Shown here one piece after another: positions 1 to 9,179 of a stretch of 28,703 nucleotides of DNA (position 1 is its first letter; every line of letters begins with the position of its first letter). The notes below the pieces were generated by a model that searched no databases, was not told the DNA's origin, and was given only the letters and a program-made list of their open reading frames with translations. Origin of the DNA: a virus; UHGV virus genome UHGV-0259485. One strand, written 5' to 3'. Both the position numbers and the translations under genes were made by a program.

Positions 1-722
1 TAGATGACATTGTCATATACAAACGTTTTATCCTGCGTCCAGGCGTTGTACCACGGTGTATCTGTAATTTTAAATAACTCTCCCTGGATAAAATCTTCAG
101 AAGCATAAAAAAGAGGCTGACCCGGTATTCTCTCAAATAAAAAACGAGCATTTTTAAATCGACTGACATCTGGAAGAGTTGATACTTTAAAAGTAAGCCC
201 TCGCCCATCTATCTTTTCACCACCTGTTGCAACAGAAAGTAATTCTGATAGAGCTGATGTATCATCATGAACACCATCACCAATAGCCCCCCAACCTCTT
301 ACATCATAACTGTCTCTCCATCTTGCTATCTGAAGTTTTGGGTATTTATTCGCTCCATCTGGGTCTTCTAATTGCTGCCGTAGTTGATCAGGGTCATACT
401 TCAGCACATTAGGAAAATAGAACTGCTGCGCACCATACGCATCATAAACAGCCATAGAATGGCCTTGCACGGTAACGAACTTGGCAATCTGTCCGTTATA
501 TACCGGATATCCAGCAGCGTTAATGATGATTGGTTGCGAAACAGGAACGTGAGAGCCGTCTTCGTTCTCCACATAAGCCTGAATCTGGTTTTCAGGATTT
601 ACCGGGTCAGTGTCAATTTTACCGATATAAATTTTGCCATTGGCTACAGCTTTAAAAGAACGCGCCATAGTGAAGAGTTGCGAAGGCATGCTTACCACAA
701 CATTTGCGGTGATATCTGTCAT
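1..722 (-). CDS. Tailspike protein, N-terminal head-binding domain plus start of beta-helix (3' end beyond window)
   Basis: Not in ORF track (no stop in window). Hand translation from ATG at 722..720 gives [20 protein letters not shown]..., the conserved P22 gp9 N-terminus; GGAG RBS upstream. Confidence 0.85.
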   Translation of the reverse strand, partial: MTDITANVVVSMPSQLFTMARSFKAVANGKIYIGKIDTDPVNPENQIQAYVENEDGSHVPVSQPIIINAAGYPVYNGQIAKFVTVQGHSMAVYDAYGAQQFYFPNVLKYDPDQLRQQLEDPDGANKYPKLQIARWRDSYDVRGWGAIGDGVHDDTSALSELLSVATGGEKIDGRGLTFKVSTLPDVSRFKNARFLFERIPGQPLFYASEDFIQGELFKITDTPWYNAWTQDKTFVYDNVI

Positions 723-780
723 TTAATTTGCTCCAGATACAAGGAATCGCCGCAGCATGGCTACGGTGAATTTTGGGCAT

Positions 781-803
781 AAAAAAACCCAGCCGAAGCT
801 GGG
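781..803 (-). terminator. Rho-independent terminator between ant and tailspike
   Basis: Plus strand AAAAAAA-CCCAGC-CGAA-GCTGGG; on the minus strand a 6-bp GC stem, tetraloop, then U7. Confidence 0.6.
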
Positions 804-822
804 TCGTTGCGTTGGTTATCTG

Positions 823-1746
823 TCAGTAGTTATGTACTGAAGGAGGTAATTCTTTATTCTTAAGTCTCATCCATGCGGAAAGATTCGTTGGTCCGTCTGG
901 CTCATTAATATCAACATCTCGTGTATGGTTGATTAAAACATCTCTCGCCATATCGATAATACGGGAGAACTCATAACCGCAGTCATGACATCTGCCGGAA
1001 TAGTTCGATTGAATTTGTTTTAGCGCCGGATACAGTTCGCGGAATAATGCCTGTGAGCGGTTGGCATAATCCCATAACCATACAAGGCTGTTTGCTTCTT
1101 TTGCAGAAAGCTCGTTTGCTTTCTTCTCTTGTTTGCCAATGAACTCACCTTCAAGTGGAACTCGAGCTGCAAGTGATAGTGCTTCGGTAAACTGCTCCTC
1201 ACTGATCTCTTTGTACGAACATCCAAAATGGGATTTCAGTGACGACCACATGGTGATCATCGCCTTAGCCTGTTTTTCTTTTGGAAGAGACTGACCGCGA
1301 CTCATGACGAGTTGTTTAATGGCTTCCTGCTGTTCAGTGGTGATTTTCCCCGGCAATGCCTTTTTAGCTTTGCGCGGGTTAACTACATGGCCTTTAGTCC
1401 AGTATTCGTAGAGCACATCGTCACACTCTTCCTGATACTGGATTACCTTGTCGCGGATTTCAGGGCGGACTTTGTTTGGCTGAATGCTTGAAAGCCAAGC
1501 CGCAAACTTACGAAAGGCAAGGCATATCATTAACTGTTTACCGCCAGCAGAAGGTATTTCGATTTCCGAAATACCTTTGACAAATCTCTGTTTTAATTTA
1601 ACAAATTGAGCAGCCCAAACCATACCCATGCCTTCTACAACGGGTTTCATAGGAACGTAAGGTTCATTGTTAATGCTGACCAAAAAGAGATTTGTTCCGT
1701 GGAATGGAACGTTGATTGTATGTTCTGCAATTGCTACACTCGTCAT
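823..1746 (-). CDS. ant: Phage antirepressor (AntA N-terminal domain / KilAC-type)
   Basis: 307 aa; N-terminal INVPFHGTNLFLVSINNEPYVPMKPVVEGMGM antirepressor motif; sits between arc-like gene and tailspike as in P22 immI. Confidence 0.8.
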   Translation of the reverse strand: MTSVAIAEHTINVPFHGTNLFLVSINNEPYVPMKPVVEGMGMVWAAQFVKLKQRFVKGISEIEIPSAGGKQLMICLAFRKFAAWLSSIQPNKVRPEIRDKVIQYQEECDDVLYEYWTKGHVVNPRKAKKALPGKITTEQQEAIKQLVMSRGQSLPKEKQAKAMITMWSSLKSHFGCSYKEISEEQFTEALSLAARVPLEGEFIGKQEKKANELSAKEANSLVWLWDYANRSQALFRELYPALKQIQSNYSGRCHDCGYEFSRIIDMARDVLINHTRDVDINEPDGPTNLSAWMRLKNKELPPSVHNY

Positions 1747-1809
1747 GTCGTTAATTCCTATGCGTGGTTTTACGATACCGAAGCCCTGACTGTTCCCGCA
1801 GTTGGGGCT

Positions 1810-1950
1810 TCAACTTTTTAGGCTGCGAATAAGACGCTGCACTATTTCTGAATTTAAAGACCTGCCCTCCTCCTTAGCCTTTTCCTTCAATTTTTCTTTA
1901 ATCTCTGGCGGGATACGAATCCCTAATGGAGCGATGTCTCTAACTTTCAT
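1810..1950 (-). CDS. arc: Arc-like ribbon-helix-helix repressor (46 aa)
   Basis: Below ORF-track size cutoff. Hand translation MKVRDIAPLGIRIPPEIKEKLKEKAKEEGRSLNSEIVQRLIRSLKS with RHH pattern (LGIRIP...GRSLNSEIV); AAGGGG RBS; directly upstream of ant. Confidence 0.6.
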   Translation of the reverse strand: MKVRDIAPLGIRIPPEIKEKLKEKAKEEGRSLNSEIVQRLIRSLKS

Positions 1951-1963
1951 TTCCCCTTGCTTG

Positions 1964-2033
1964 CTACACCGTGATAACTAAATACTACACCGTGTTTATT
2001 TAAAGTCAAAATTTTTTTGCCTACACTGTGTAG
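1964..2033. promoter_or_regulatory. Divergent arc-ant / mnt promoter-operator region with repeated CTACAC half-sites
   Basis: CTACACCGTG at 1964-1973 and 1985-1994 (21-bp spacing); near-palindrome CTACACTGTGTAG at 2021-2033; located between divergent RHH genes. Confidence 0.4.
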
Positions 2034-2058
2034 CTATGCACAGCGTGCAGGAGGAGAA

Positions 2059-2298
2059 ATGAAAGGTGCAAGAGATATCAGTCCATTGGGGATTAGGATT
2101 CCAGACTATTTAAAGAAACGCATTCAGCAAGAAGCGGATAAAAACGGCAGATCAATGAACTCAGAGATCGTGCTTATCCTTCAAAAACATGTTGATAATC
2201 TTGATGGCTCTCGCTCACTTGAAGGATTCGCTAACCAAGAAGCTGATAAATTCAAAGAGGCGCTACTTGAGACGCTAAAGACCATGTATGGTAAATAA
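2059..2298 (+). CDS. mnt: Mnt-like ribbon-helix-helix repressor (start refined to ATG 2059)
   Basis: GGAGGA RBS before ATG at 2059; ISPLGIRIPDYLKKRIQQEADKNGRSMNSEIVLIL resembles P22 Mnt/Arc RHH; opposite strand to arc-ant as in P22. Confidence 0.65.
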   Translation: MKGARDISPLGIRIPDYLKKRIQQEADKNGRSMNSEIVLILQKHVDNLDGSRSLEGFANQEADKFKEALLETLKTMYGK

Positions 2299-2550
2299 TT
2301 ATTCAGGATGTGCCGATGTCTGATCGTAAGTACAAAAACCCTCAAGTGAATCTGAGGCTTCCTGTAGAGATAAAGGAACGTCTTATTGAACTGGCTGAGG
2401 CTAATTCTCGTTCATTAAATGCTGAGATGGTCGCGGCACTTGAAGCGTGGACAGAAAAAAATAAACACATTCAAGCACTAGACCTTGCAACTATAGCATC
2501 ACGATTGATAGATCTTGAACACGATGTTGAGACGCTAAAGACCATGTATG
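2267..2550 (+). repeat. Pair of identical 24-bp direct repeats (2267-2290 and 2527-2550) at the 3' ends of the two mnt-like genes
   Basis: TTGAGACGCTAAAGACCATGTATG occurs twice; both encode the C-terminal ETLKTMY tail. Confidence 0.8.
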
Positions 2551-2567
2551 CTAAGGATGAAAAATAA
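2316..2567 (+). CDS. Second Mnt-like RHH protein (paralog), translationally coupled to downstream gene
   Basis: AGGA RBS 7 nt before ATG at 2316; PQVNLRLPVEIKERLIELAEANSRSLNAEMV RHH motif; stop overlaps next ATG (TAATG at 2565-2569). Confidence 0.6.
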   Translation: MSDRKYKNPQVNLRLPVEIKERLIELAEANSRSLNAEMVAALEAWTEKNKHIQALDLATIASRLIDLEHDVETLKTMYAKDEK

Positions 2568-3103
2568 TGCTGCACACAATTCATTTCTTATGCCCCGTTA
2601 ACACTGCCACTGTTGGGCAACTTCAGAACCACTGTCTCACCGCATTATCTCAAGGCGCAACTGAATTAAATATCCATATATCAAGTCAGGGAGGGGAAAC
2701 TGCCGCTGGCTTTACTGCGTATAACTTTCTTAAGTCACTCCCTGTTACCGTTAGAACTCACAACATAAGCAATGTTGAATCCATAGCTAATATCGTTTTC
2801 CTGGCTGGCTCAGAACGTTTCGCAAACCCATTATCAAGATTCCTGTTACATCCTCTATTATGGTGCTTTGCCTCCCCAGCCGCCGACCATGCCAGATTGA
2901 GAGAGTACGGGAAATGCCTCGATAACGATCTTGATCGCTTCGTTGAGACGTTCAATATCGACATCGGAACCCATATTAGGTGGGCATCCCTGATAGCAGA
3001 CTCGACCATTTTGGATGCTAACAAGGCTCTTGAGCATGGCATAATTAATTCCATAAAAACTGCAAGGCTGGTATCCAATCAGGCAAACTGGTGGGTTGTT
3101 TGA
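2567..3103 (+). CDS. ClpP-fold serine peptidase-like protein (178 aa)
   Basis: NIHISSQGGETAAGF aligns with ClpP YINSPGGVITAG; candidate triad Ser (NVESIA), His (LLHPL), Asp (IADST) in ClpP-like order. Assignment by eye, not by search. Confidence 0.5.
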   Translation: MLHTIHFLCPVNTATVGQLQNHCLTALSQGATELNIHISSQGGETAAGFTAYNFLKSLPVTVRTHNISNVESIANIVFLAGSERFANPLSRFLLHPLLWCFASPAADHARLREYGKCLDNDLDRFVETFNIDIGTHIRWASLIADSTILDANKALEHGIINSIKTARLVSNQANWWVV

Positions 3104-3180
3104 TGGGTAAATCATGATTACTCCTATGGCCGGAAAGATTCGCATCCTTAAATTTAGTGAGCAAGGATTACCATCACACC

Positions 3181-3366
3181 TTAACAGCCTCCGCGTCCAC
3201 GAGTAATTCTGTCGCGGATTTGCTTCCTGCGGTGGTTTAAGCTGGAGAGCTTGGCTTCTGCTTCTGATATTTGCACATCTAGATCTTTAAGCTCAAGATC
3301 TGAAAGTCGCTGGTCAAGCAGGGTTTGATTCAACTCAATGTTGTTCAGACGTTCTTCTATGGTCAT
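3181..3366 (-). CDS. Small coiled-coil protein with basic C-terminus (61 aa), unknown function
   Basis: ORF with AAGGA RBS; heptad-like leucine pattern, C-terminal RRKQIRDRITRGRGGC. Confidence 0.35.
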   Translation of the reverse strand: MTIEERLNNIELNQTLLDQRLSDLELKDLDVQISEAEAKLSSLNHRRKQIRDRITRGRGGC

Positions 3367-3398
3367 GGTATTTCCTTAATCTTTAAAGTAGAGAAGAT

Positions 3399-3421
3399 AA
3401 AAAAACCCACCTGACGGTGGG
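3399..3421. terminator. Terminator-like hairpin, potentially bidirectional
   Basis: A7-CCCACC-TGAC-GGTGGG followed by TTAATTTTT on plus; U7 follows the stem on the minus strand. Confidence 0.5.
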
Positions 3422-3513
3422 TTAATTTTTGCATTTACCTGGGCCATATTGACTACTTATAAAATGAGATCAATATTTAATCGCCCAATAACGGGTATAT
3501 GTTGAGGTATATC

Positions 3514-3693
3514 ATGGCGAAAAAACCAGGTGAAAACACAGGAAAAAACGGCGGAATATACCAAGAAGTTGGCCCACGCGGCGGTAAGAAAGACAATTTT
3601 GCAACCGTCAAGGACAACGAAAGGCTTCCACCAACAACAAAGCCAGGTCATGGCTGGGTATTGGATAAGCGAACTCCAGACAGCAAAAAGTAA
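3514..3693 (+). CDS. YjzC-like small protein (GIY and PPT motifs)
   Basis: GAGG RBS 5 nt before ATG at 3514; MAKKPGENTGKNGGIYQEVGPRGG...LPPTTKPGHGW. Confidence 0.55.
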   Translation: MAKKPGENTGKNGGIYQEVGPRGGKKDNFATVKDNERLPPTTKPGHGWVLDKRTPDSKK

Positions 3694-3706
3694 TACTCAA
3701 GCCGGG

Positions 3707-4072
3707 TCACTCCGGCTTTTTGATATGTCGCTCGCAGAACTCAACAAGCCTGCTCATTAAGTAGCAGTAAGTCTCGTTGGCTCTTCCTGGTTCAACATCA
3801 ACACCTACCCTTGAGCAGATATCGAATGCCATGTGAGCGCACTCATGGGCAATAGTAGATAGTTTGCCATTGAACACGCCTATCACATGCAAAACACCAT
3901 TCTCGCTACTCATTGTATGAGACGCTCCGTTGGCGTCCGAGTCATGCACGTCAACGCCAAGTTTTTGATGCAGGCGTTGCCATTCTGGAAAGTCTCTACA
4001 AAACACAATTGTACCGCTCTCAAAGAGCGGTACTAGCATCTTTGGTACATTTCCAATGTTAACTTTTTTCAT
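3707..4072 (-). CDS. HExxH-motif protein, putative small zinc metallopeptidase-like (121 aa)
   Basis: STIAHECAHMAFDI contains HExxH; no other family signature recognised. Confidence 0.45.
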   Translation of the reverse strand: MKKVNIGNVPKMLVPLFESGTIVFCRDFPEWQRLHQKLGVDVHDSDANGASHTMSSENGVLHVIGVFNGKLSTIAHECAHMAFDICSRVGVDVEPGRANETYCYLMSRLVEFCERHIKKPE

Positions 4073-4106
4073 GGTATCCTGCGCAAAACTAAGGAGAGTT
4101 AATTAT

Positions 4107-4592
4107 ATGAAAAAATCACTGTTAATTATCCCGCTTCTGCTGGCTGGGTGCGCAAAAGTAAGCGACTATCAGGCAAGTTGCGAGCAACGCTATCCAAAGC
4201 TTAGCGATATGGCTAATTGCCTTGATGCCAGCTTGAAGAACGACTCTCGCATGGCATCAGCACCAACACCTAAGCTGTATGTCCTTGCTGCGAAGATGCT
4301 CGGGCAAGGTGTCGATGAAGGCAAGATAAGTGACACACAGGCAAGACTTGAACTTCAGAATCTTTATGTTCAATTACAAAGCCAAGAACAAGCCCAACAA
4401 ATAGCGCAAAGCCAAGCATTCCAGCAGGCTTTATTGAATTATCAGGCTGTAAACACAATGCAAGCGATCGAGCAAAAAGCGCGCCAGCCTGTTATAACTC
4501 AACCTTACCCAACACGCGTTGACACATATACAAACTGCAATTCAGGATTTGGAAACACCGTCACATGCAACAGTAGCAGCAACATTAGATAA
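4107..4592 (+). CDS. Lipoprotein (start refined to ATG 4107), Gln-rich central region
   Basis: AAGGAG RBS 10 nt upstream; MKKSLLIIPLLLAGC signal peptide with lipobox; candidate surface or superinfection-exclusion lipoprotein. Confidence 0.6.
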   Translation: MKKSLLIIPLLLAGCAKVSDYQASCEQRYPKLSDMANCLDASLKNDSRMASAPTPKLYVLAAKMLGQGVDEGKISDTQARLELQNLYVQLQSQEQAQQIAQSQAFQQALLNYQAVNTMQAIEQKARQPVITQPYPTRVDTYTNCNSGFGNTVTCNSSSNIR

Positions 4593-4763
4593 AGCTATTC
4601 ATATTCATTCATACCGCTTAACGAGGCGACAATACCAGCTCTCGACAAGCGATTGAATTCATCGCTACCAATAGCATCGCGTATTGCAGACCAACAATCC
4701 GATATGGTAAAGAAAATTGTCTTTGATACGCTCAGAGATTTATATAAAAAAGACAGCAACTAA
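4593..4763 (+). pseudogene. Remnant of an mnt-like gene (C-terminal ~35 codons, no start codon)
   Basis: Same frame as the lipoprotein gene, immediately after its TAA; translates ...IASRIADQQSDMVKKIVFDTLRDLYKKDSN, matching the P22 Mnt C-terminus (EQSELVKKMVFDTLKDLYKK). Confidence 0.5.
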
Positions 4764-4780
4764 CCATCCGTGGCTTTCCG

Positions 4781-7012
4781 TTACTTCTGGTTATCATCAC
4801 TGTTCATCCAGTACATGATGCCTAGCCTTGATATGGTTTTCTTATCTGATTCTGGAAGTGAGTTGTAAAACGAGCGCCAAGCAGAAGAGCGTCTTACAGT
4901 TGTATCAACGATGCTTTCTGGTGCTTGTTTTACTGCCAGCCTTGCTGCTTTCTGGAATTCTGGTGAGCTAATTAGCTTTTCTGCAGATTCCATTGATGCA
5001 GCGCCGCCCATCGCCCTGATTTTGCTGGCGACTTTTGCCCCAATTTCTGACCCAGCAACAGCACCTACTGCACTGAACGGTCCTGACACAGTTGAACCAA
5101 CCGCAGTGCCAATGCGTTGGGCATGGTTAGCAACAAATTCATTTGCCGCAGTGACGCGATTAAACCGTTTGACGAACTCGTTTAGTCTTCCTGTGGTTAT
5201 CTCGTAAGATTTTGCGTCTTTGATAGCCTTTGCGACCTTATATACATCGTTCAGACCTGACATAGTCTCTTTTGGTAAATGTCGGGCAAGATTGCGCATC
5301 TGCCCGTTTGCTAACATGTTTTGATACCAGTCAGCAAACCCTGCAGGATTAAAATCAGCGCCACGTTTTCCGTTCGAAAGCATATCCCGAAGACCTGTTC
5401 CCAGTAGCTCGGTTCTTAGCTTCCTGGACGGCGTGTTTTGCATCAATTCACGAAATCCTTTGGCATCGCCTTTCGACATTGCCTGTAGTGCTGTAGTTGC
5501 TTTGCGAGAAACATCACCGTTCAGCGTTCTGCCAGTTAGATTAATCATTTGCTCTTCCATGCTTTTTCGCATCTGAACAAGCCTCTGAGCAACTTCAAAA
5601 TCACGTAATGCATTTGTCTCTGACAGCGCCGCCTTTTGATCATCGGCGAGCGAACCGTAAAGCCTCGATAAAGCAGCGCGATCAGTATCTTTATATGGTC
5701 CAGAATTCCTATGAAGTGCATCACCAACAAGTCGTCGTTGCTTATTGAGATTTGCATAAGTTAATGCGCCGTTCTTGCCTGGATTAACTGCCCGAAAGAC
5801 TCTCTTTTCAATAGGGTCAAGGTTTTTCATCCCGCCAAGATCTTCTGCCACCTGTTTGAGCATTGACCTTGTTGATGGCGCATCAATTTTTGCACCTGCA
5901 GGCATCGCCTTTTCAACATTGCGATAAAGCTGGTCGCTTCGTTTCATCAGCGCAGACATTCTTCCATTGACCGTATCAATAAACTTGTCGCTCATACCAA
6001 GAGCATCTTTTGCACCGGAAACGCGATCAATTATCTCCCCCGCGCCCTGTGCTAGCTGCCTGATTGCTTCATTTTCCTGCACCTGTAGAGCAGAACCCGC
6101 ACGGGACTTGATTGCTTGCTCAACTGCCTTGTATTGCTCGTTCCCGGAAAAGTGTGAAGGGAGTAATGAATCAACATTAAGCCTTTCAGCAGACTCCAGA
6201 ACTTCAGCCTGAGGATTGATATCTAGTTCATCAAGCGATGAAGCGAGATTTGGCCTTTTTTGTGCTGCTACTGTGCGAACGACTTCCTCTGGGTTCCTCG
6301 TCGCAGGCGTCATTGGTACACCTTGTGCTACTCTTGCCTCTGCGGCATGAACCGCAGGATTTGTTGCTGCAGCGGCATCACCGGAGAATGGTGATGTTTC
6401 TGTTGGCGCAGTGGTCGCTCTCTGTGCAGATATTTTATTGCCACTAATTATATTTGATGCACCACGAACACCACGGGTAACGCCATTTATCAGGCCATGC
6501 GTAGCAATGTTAAGTCCGGCATTAATAGCGGCATTTTCGGCAAAATCACCCCGTTGATTCGCCGCGTCAGCGAGAGAACCAATGACCATGTTTCCAGCTA
6601 CACCTGCTCCAGGAACAAGATAACCGCCTATTGACTCTCCAGCTTGCGCGTAGGGGTCTGTCGGTCTGTCTACTGGACGATAAACATCATCCAATACTTT
6701 TGGCCCCCCAAGCCCCTGACTGATTGCATTAATCAGACTTGCGCCACCCTGCAATACGTCAAATGGTATGTTTACCAGACCACGACCAGCCTGTTCTGCA
6801 ATTTGCTCTGCACTTTGACCACCAGTGAGCCAATCGCCAGCTTGTTGCATCAATGATGGTTCTTCCCGTGTTGGTGCATTATTGGCCTGATTAACTGTTT
6901 GTTGCTGAACAGCCTGACCAGCAAAATACTCATCAATGGCGGTGCCAATATCTTCGGTGCTCGTACCATCAGGAAAGGTAAATGTCTTACCGTTTGCAGT
7001 TACTTTCATCAT
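4781..7012 (-). CDS. Ejection (E) protein, gp16-like by synteny (743 aa)
   Basis: Last large gene of the virion block in the P22 gp16 position; overlaps upstream gene by ATGA. Confidence 0.55.
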   Translation of the reverse strand: MMKVTANGKTFTFPDGTSTEDIGTAIDEYFAGQAVQQQTVNQANNAPTREEPSLMQQAGDWLTGGQSAEQIAEQAGRGLVNIPFDVLQGGASLINAISQGLGGPKVLDDVYRPVDRPTDPYAQAGESIGGYLVPGAGVAGNMVIGSLADAANQRGDFAENAAINAGLNIATHGLINGVTRGVRGASNIISGNKISAQRATTAPTETSPFSGDAAAATNPAVHAAEARVAQGVPMTPATRNPEEVVRTVAAQKRPNLASSLDELDINPQAEVLESAERLNVDSLLPSHFSGNEQYKAVEQAIKSRAGSALQVQENEAIRQLAQGAGEIIDRVSGAKDALGMSDKFIDTVNGRMSALMKRSDQLYRNVEKAMPAGAKIDAPSTRSMLKQVAEDLGGMKNLDPIEKRVFRAVNPGKNGALTYANLNKQRRLVGDALHRNSGPYKDTDRAALSRLYGSLADDQKAALSETNALRDFEVAQRLVQMRKSMEEQMINLTGRTLNGDVSRKATTALQAMSKGDAKGFRELMQNTPSRKLRTELLGTGLRDMLSNGKRGADFNPAGFADWYQNMLANGQMRNLARHLPKETMSGLNDVYKVAKAIKDAKSYEITTGRLNEFVKRFNRVTAANEFVANHAQRIGTAVGSTVSGPFSAVGAVAGSEIGAKVASKIRAMGGAASMESAEKLISSPEFQKAARLAVKQAPESIVDTTVRRSSAWRSFYNSLPESDKKTISRLGIMYWMNSDDNQK

Positions 7013-8475
7013 TCCACCGTAAATTGAATGCCTGATTTTGAGGTATATGATCCGGATTGACTCTGCTGCTGTTGGGTATTTGTCGGTTGTTGGCTATTGC
7101 TCTGTTGTTGACTATTTGCAGCACTTGAAACCACCAAAGCATCATAAACGCGACCAGACTGACCACGTAATGAGTTATATTGGCCCTGCATTTTTCGCAT
7201 TTTTGTTTCAGTAGCAGCCTTGGAATCACCGGGCTGAGGGAGGTACATTTTGGAATACTCCTGCATCTCTGGCAGAGTAATTGCTGCACCTGTTTCTGGG
7301 CGCAAAATTGCATACAAGGCGTCTCTCGCATTTACCATATATTGCTGCTCCGCTGGTGATAGGCTTAAATTTGCAATAGTTCCATCACCAAGAGAGCGAT
7401 TTATTAATGCAACTCGCTTAGGGTCAATGCTTTTACTAAGCTGATTCATTGAGTCCATTGAATCTTTTAATCGCAAAGCAAATCCCGCCGCCTTCTTGGA
7501 ACCCTCATTAGCCTTATCTATGATGCTTTGCGCTTGTGGCAAGCTAATTGGTTTAATGCCATCACCAGATATAGGTTGGTTTAGTTTTCCGGCTTCCTCG
7601 CTGCCATCGGTGTAATACTTAGTTACCGAGCCATCAGGATTGGTTTCAACCTTAAGTAATTTCTTAGCATTGGGATTAATTCCCGCCGCTGCCGCAAATG
7701 CCGCTGCACCATCTGGATCTACCTTTAACATTTGCGCGTACTGATTGTAATTCTGCATTGCGGCTGTTGGTGCATATGCTGACGTTAACGCATTTGCTCG
7801 GCTAATATCCTGCCCTCTCGCCTGAAGTGCTTCACCAGCCTGATTGCTGCGGATTGTCTCTGCCAGTCTGCCTCGGTCAATCTCACGACCAGCCATCTTG
7901 TCCTGAACATTGAAGTAATCAATCGGACCAAGAGCAGCCATCCCAAGGTGATCAACAAACTCACCAAATCCTGAAGGATTCTGCTGATACATCTGAGCAA
8001 CGTTATTAGGGTCAACACCGACGCGAGTCAGTTCCTTGGCGTTGTTTTGCAGCCATGATTGCATTGCTTCTGGAGACGAGGCCGCAAGGCGTGCGCCAGC
8101 CGCTAAGGTGCCGATAGAATTGCGCTGGTCTTCATCAATGAATCCCATGCCTTTGCGAACAGATTCAATCTGGTCTGGATATTGAGTAGCCAACTGACGC
8201 AAAGCACCGCGATCACCAGACGCATAAGCATTAGCGTACGCCTGCTGAAATTCTTTCTGCCGCTGAGCCTGCTTTTCCTGCTGAAACACCCCTGCAATAC
8301 CTGAAAGGCCTTGCAAAGCAGTCAGCCCAACATTGTTAGCGCCTGAACGCTCAATATCATTGTTCTGCCTGATAAGCTGAAGCGTATTGCCGATGTCATT
8401 TACGCTCGGAGCGTTTGAGTTGACACCACCGATACCAGCCAACAATCCGCCATTTGTTCCTTGCCAAGTAGCCAT
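7009..8475 (-). CDS. Ejection protein, gp20-like by synteny (488 aa)
   Basis: Position and size match P22 gp20 (471 aa); Ala/Gln-rich. Confidence 0.55.
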   Translation of the reverse strand: MATWQGTNGGLLAGIGGVNSNAPSVNDIGNTLQLIRQNNDIERSGANNVGLTALQGLSGIAGVFQQEKQAQRQKEFQQAYANAYASGDRGALRQLATQYPDQIESVRKGMGFIDEDQRNSIGTLAAGARLAASSPEAMQSWLQNNAKELTRVGVDPNNVAQMYQQNPSGFGEFVDHLGMAALGPIDYFNVQDKMAGREIDRGRLAETIRSNQAGEALQARGQDISRANALTSAYAPTAAMQNYNQYAQMLKVDPDGAAAFAAAAGINPNAKKLLKVETNPDGSVTKYYTDGSEEAGKLNQPISGDGIKPISLPQAQSIIDKANEGSKKAAGFALRLKDSMDSMNQLSKSIDPKRVALINRSLGDGTIANLSLSPAEQQYMVNARDALYAILRPETGAAITLPEMQEYSKMYLPQPGDSKAATETKMRKMQGQYNSLRGQSGRVYDALVVSSAANSQQQSNSQQPTNTQQQQSQSGSYTSKSGIQFTVE

Positions 8476-8484
8476 GATTACCCC

Positions 8485-9177
8485 TTAAAACAACGAGCCA
8501 AGCAGGCCAAGTCCGCCGCCAATTGCCGCACCTAATCCAGTGCCAAGTCCTGGAACAATAGAGCCAAGAGCAGCGCCAGTCATAGCCCCTGAAGCTCCGC
8601 CGCTAATTGCTGTCTGAAGGCCTGATGGTTTATTGGCATTAGCAGCGGCAAGAGCCGCACTTTGCTGCGAAATCTGACTCATGTTGTTGGCATATGTCTG
8701 CCCGGCGTTTGCCTGACCTTGCAGCGCACCAAGGCCAATGTTTGCCAGGTTGTTGTAGTTGTTCATCTGACCAGACAGCCACTGCTGACCAAGCGTTGGT
8801 GCGATTGTTGCTAACTGATTACCGGTTGCAGTGGAACCCAATCCACCTGTTGCTTCCGCTGCCGCCAGACTCTGATAGCGAGCCTGACCAGCAAGATCTT
8901 TGTACTGCTGAGAGTTGTAATACTGGTTAAGTGCCTGCCCCTGACCTTCTAAACTGGAAAGGTTCTGAAGCTGGTTAACATACTGCTCCGCAAGAGGCGT
9001 GAACGGAGCAAGGTTTTTCATGATCGTCTGCCACTGCTGATGTTGCAGGTCTGCGGCATACTTCTGAGCTTCTGCTGCATACTTTGCGCTTTTATCGGAG
9101 CCACCCTTCCCGCCTTTTTCAGGGTGATAAGGTTCCTCGCCGCGCAGTTTTCTGCCCAGCTTAAATGCATATAACAT
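8485..9177 (-). CDS. Ejection protein, gp7-like (230 aa)
   Basis: Size matches P22 gp7 (229 aa); Gly/Ala-rich C-terminal membrane-like segment. Confidence 0.55.
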   Translation of the reverse strand: MLYAFKLGRKLRGEEPYHPEKGGKGGSDKSAKYAAEAQKYAADLQHQQWQTIMKNLAPFTPLAEQYVNQLQNLSSLEGQGQALNQYYNSQQYKDLAGQARYQSLAAAEATGGLGSTATGNQLATIAPTLGQQWLSGQMNNYNNLANIGLGALQGQANAGQTYANNMSQISQQSAALAAANANKPSGLQTAISGGASGAMTGAALGSIVPGLGTGLGAAIGGGLGLLGSLF

Positions 9178-9179
9178 GG

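Noticed and set aside
384-782. Plus-strand 132-aa ORF
   Set aside because: Lies antisense inside the tailspike coding region, whose minus-strand translation matches the P22 gp9 N-terminus; shadow ORF.
1020-1226. Minus-strand 68-aa ORF
   Set aside because: Alternate frame entirely inside the antirepressor gene.
2758-3145. Two minus-strand ORFs (106 and 95 aa)
   Set aside because: Antisense to the ClpP-fold gene, which has the RBS, coupling and motif support.
3530-3760. Plus-strand 76-aa ORF
   Set aside because: Alternate frame overlapping the YjzC-like gene, which has the RBS and conserved motifs.
4911-6856. Several plus-strand ORFs (98, 81, 69, 70 aa)
   Set aside because: All lie antisense within the 743-aa ejection-protein gene; typical shadow ORFs.
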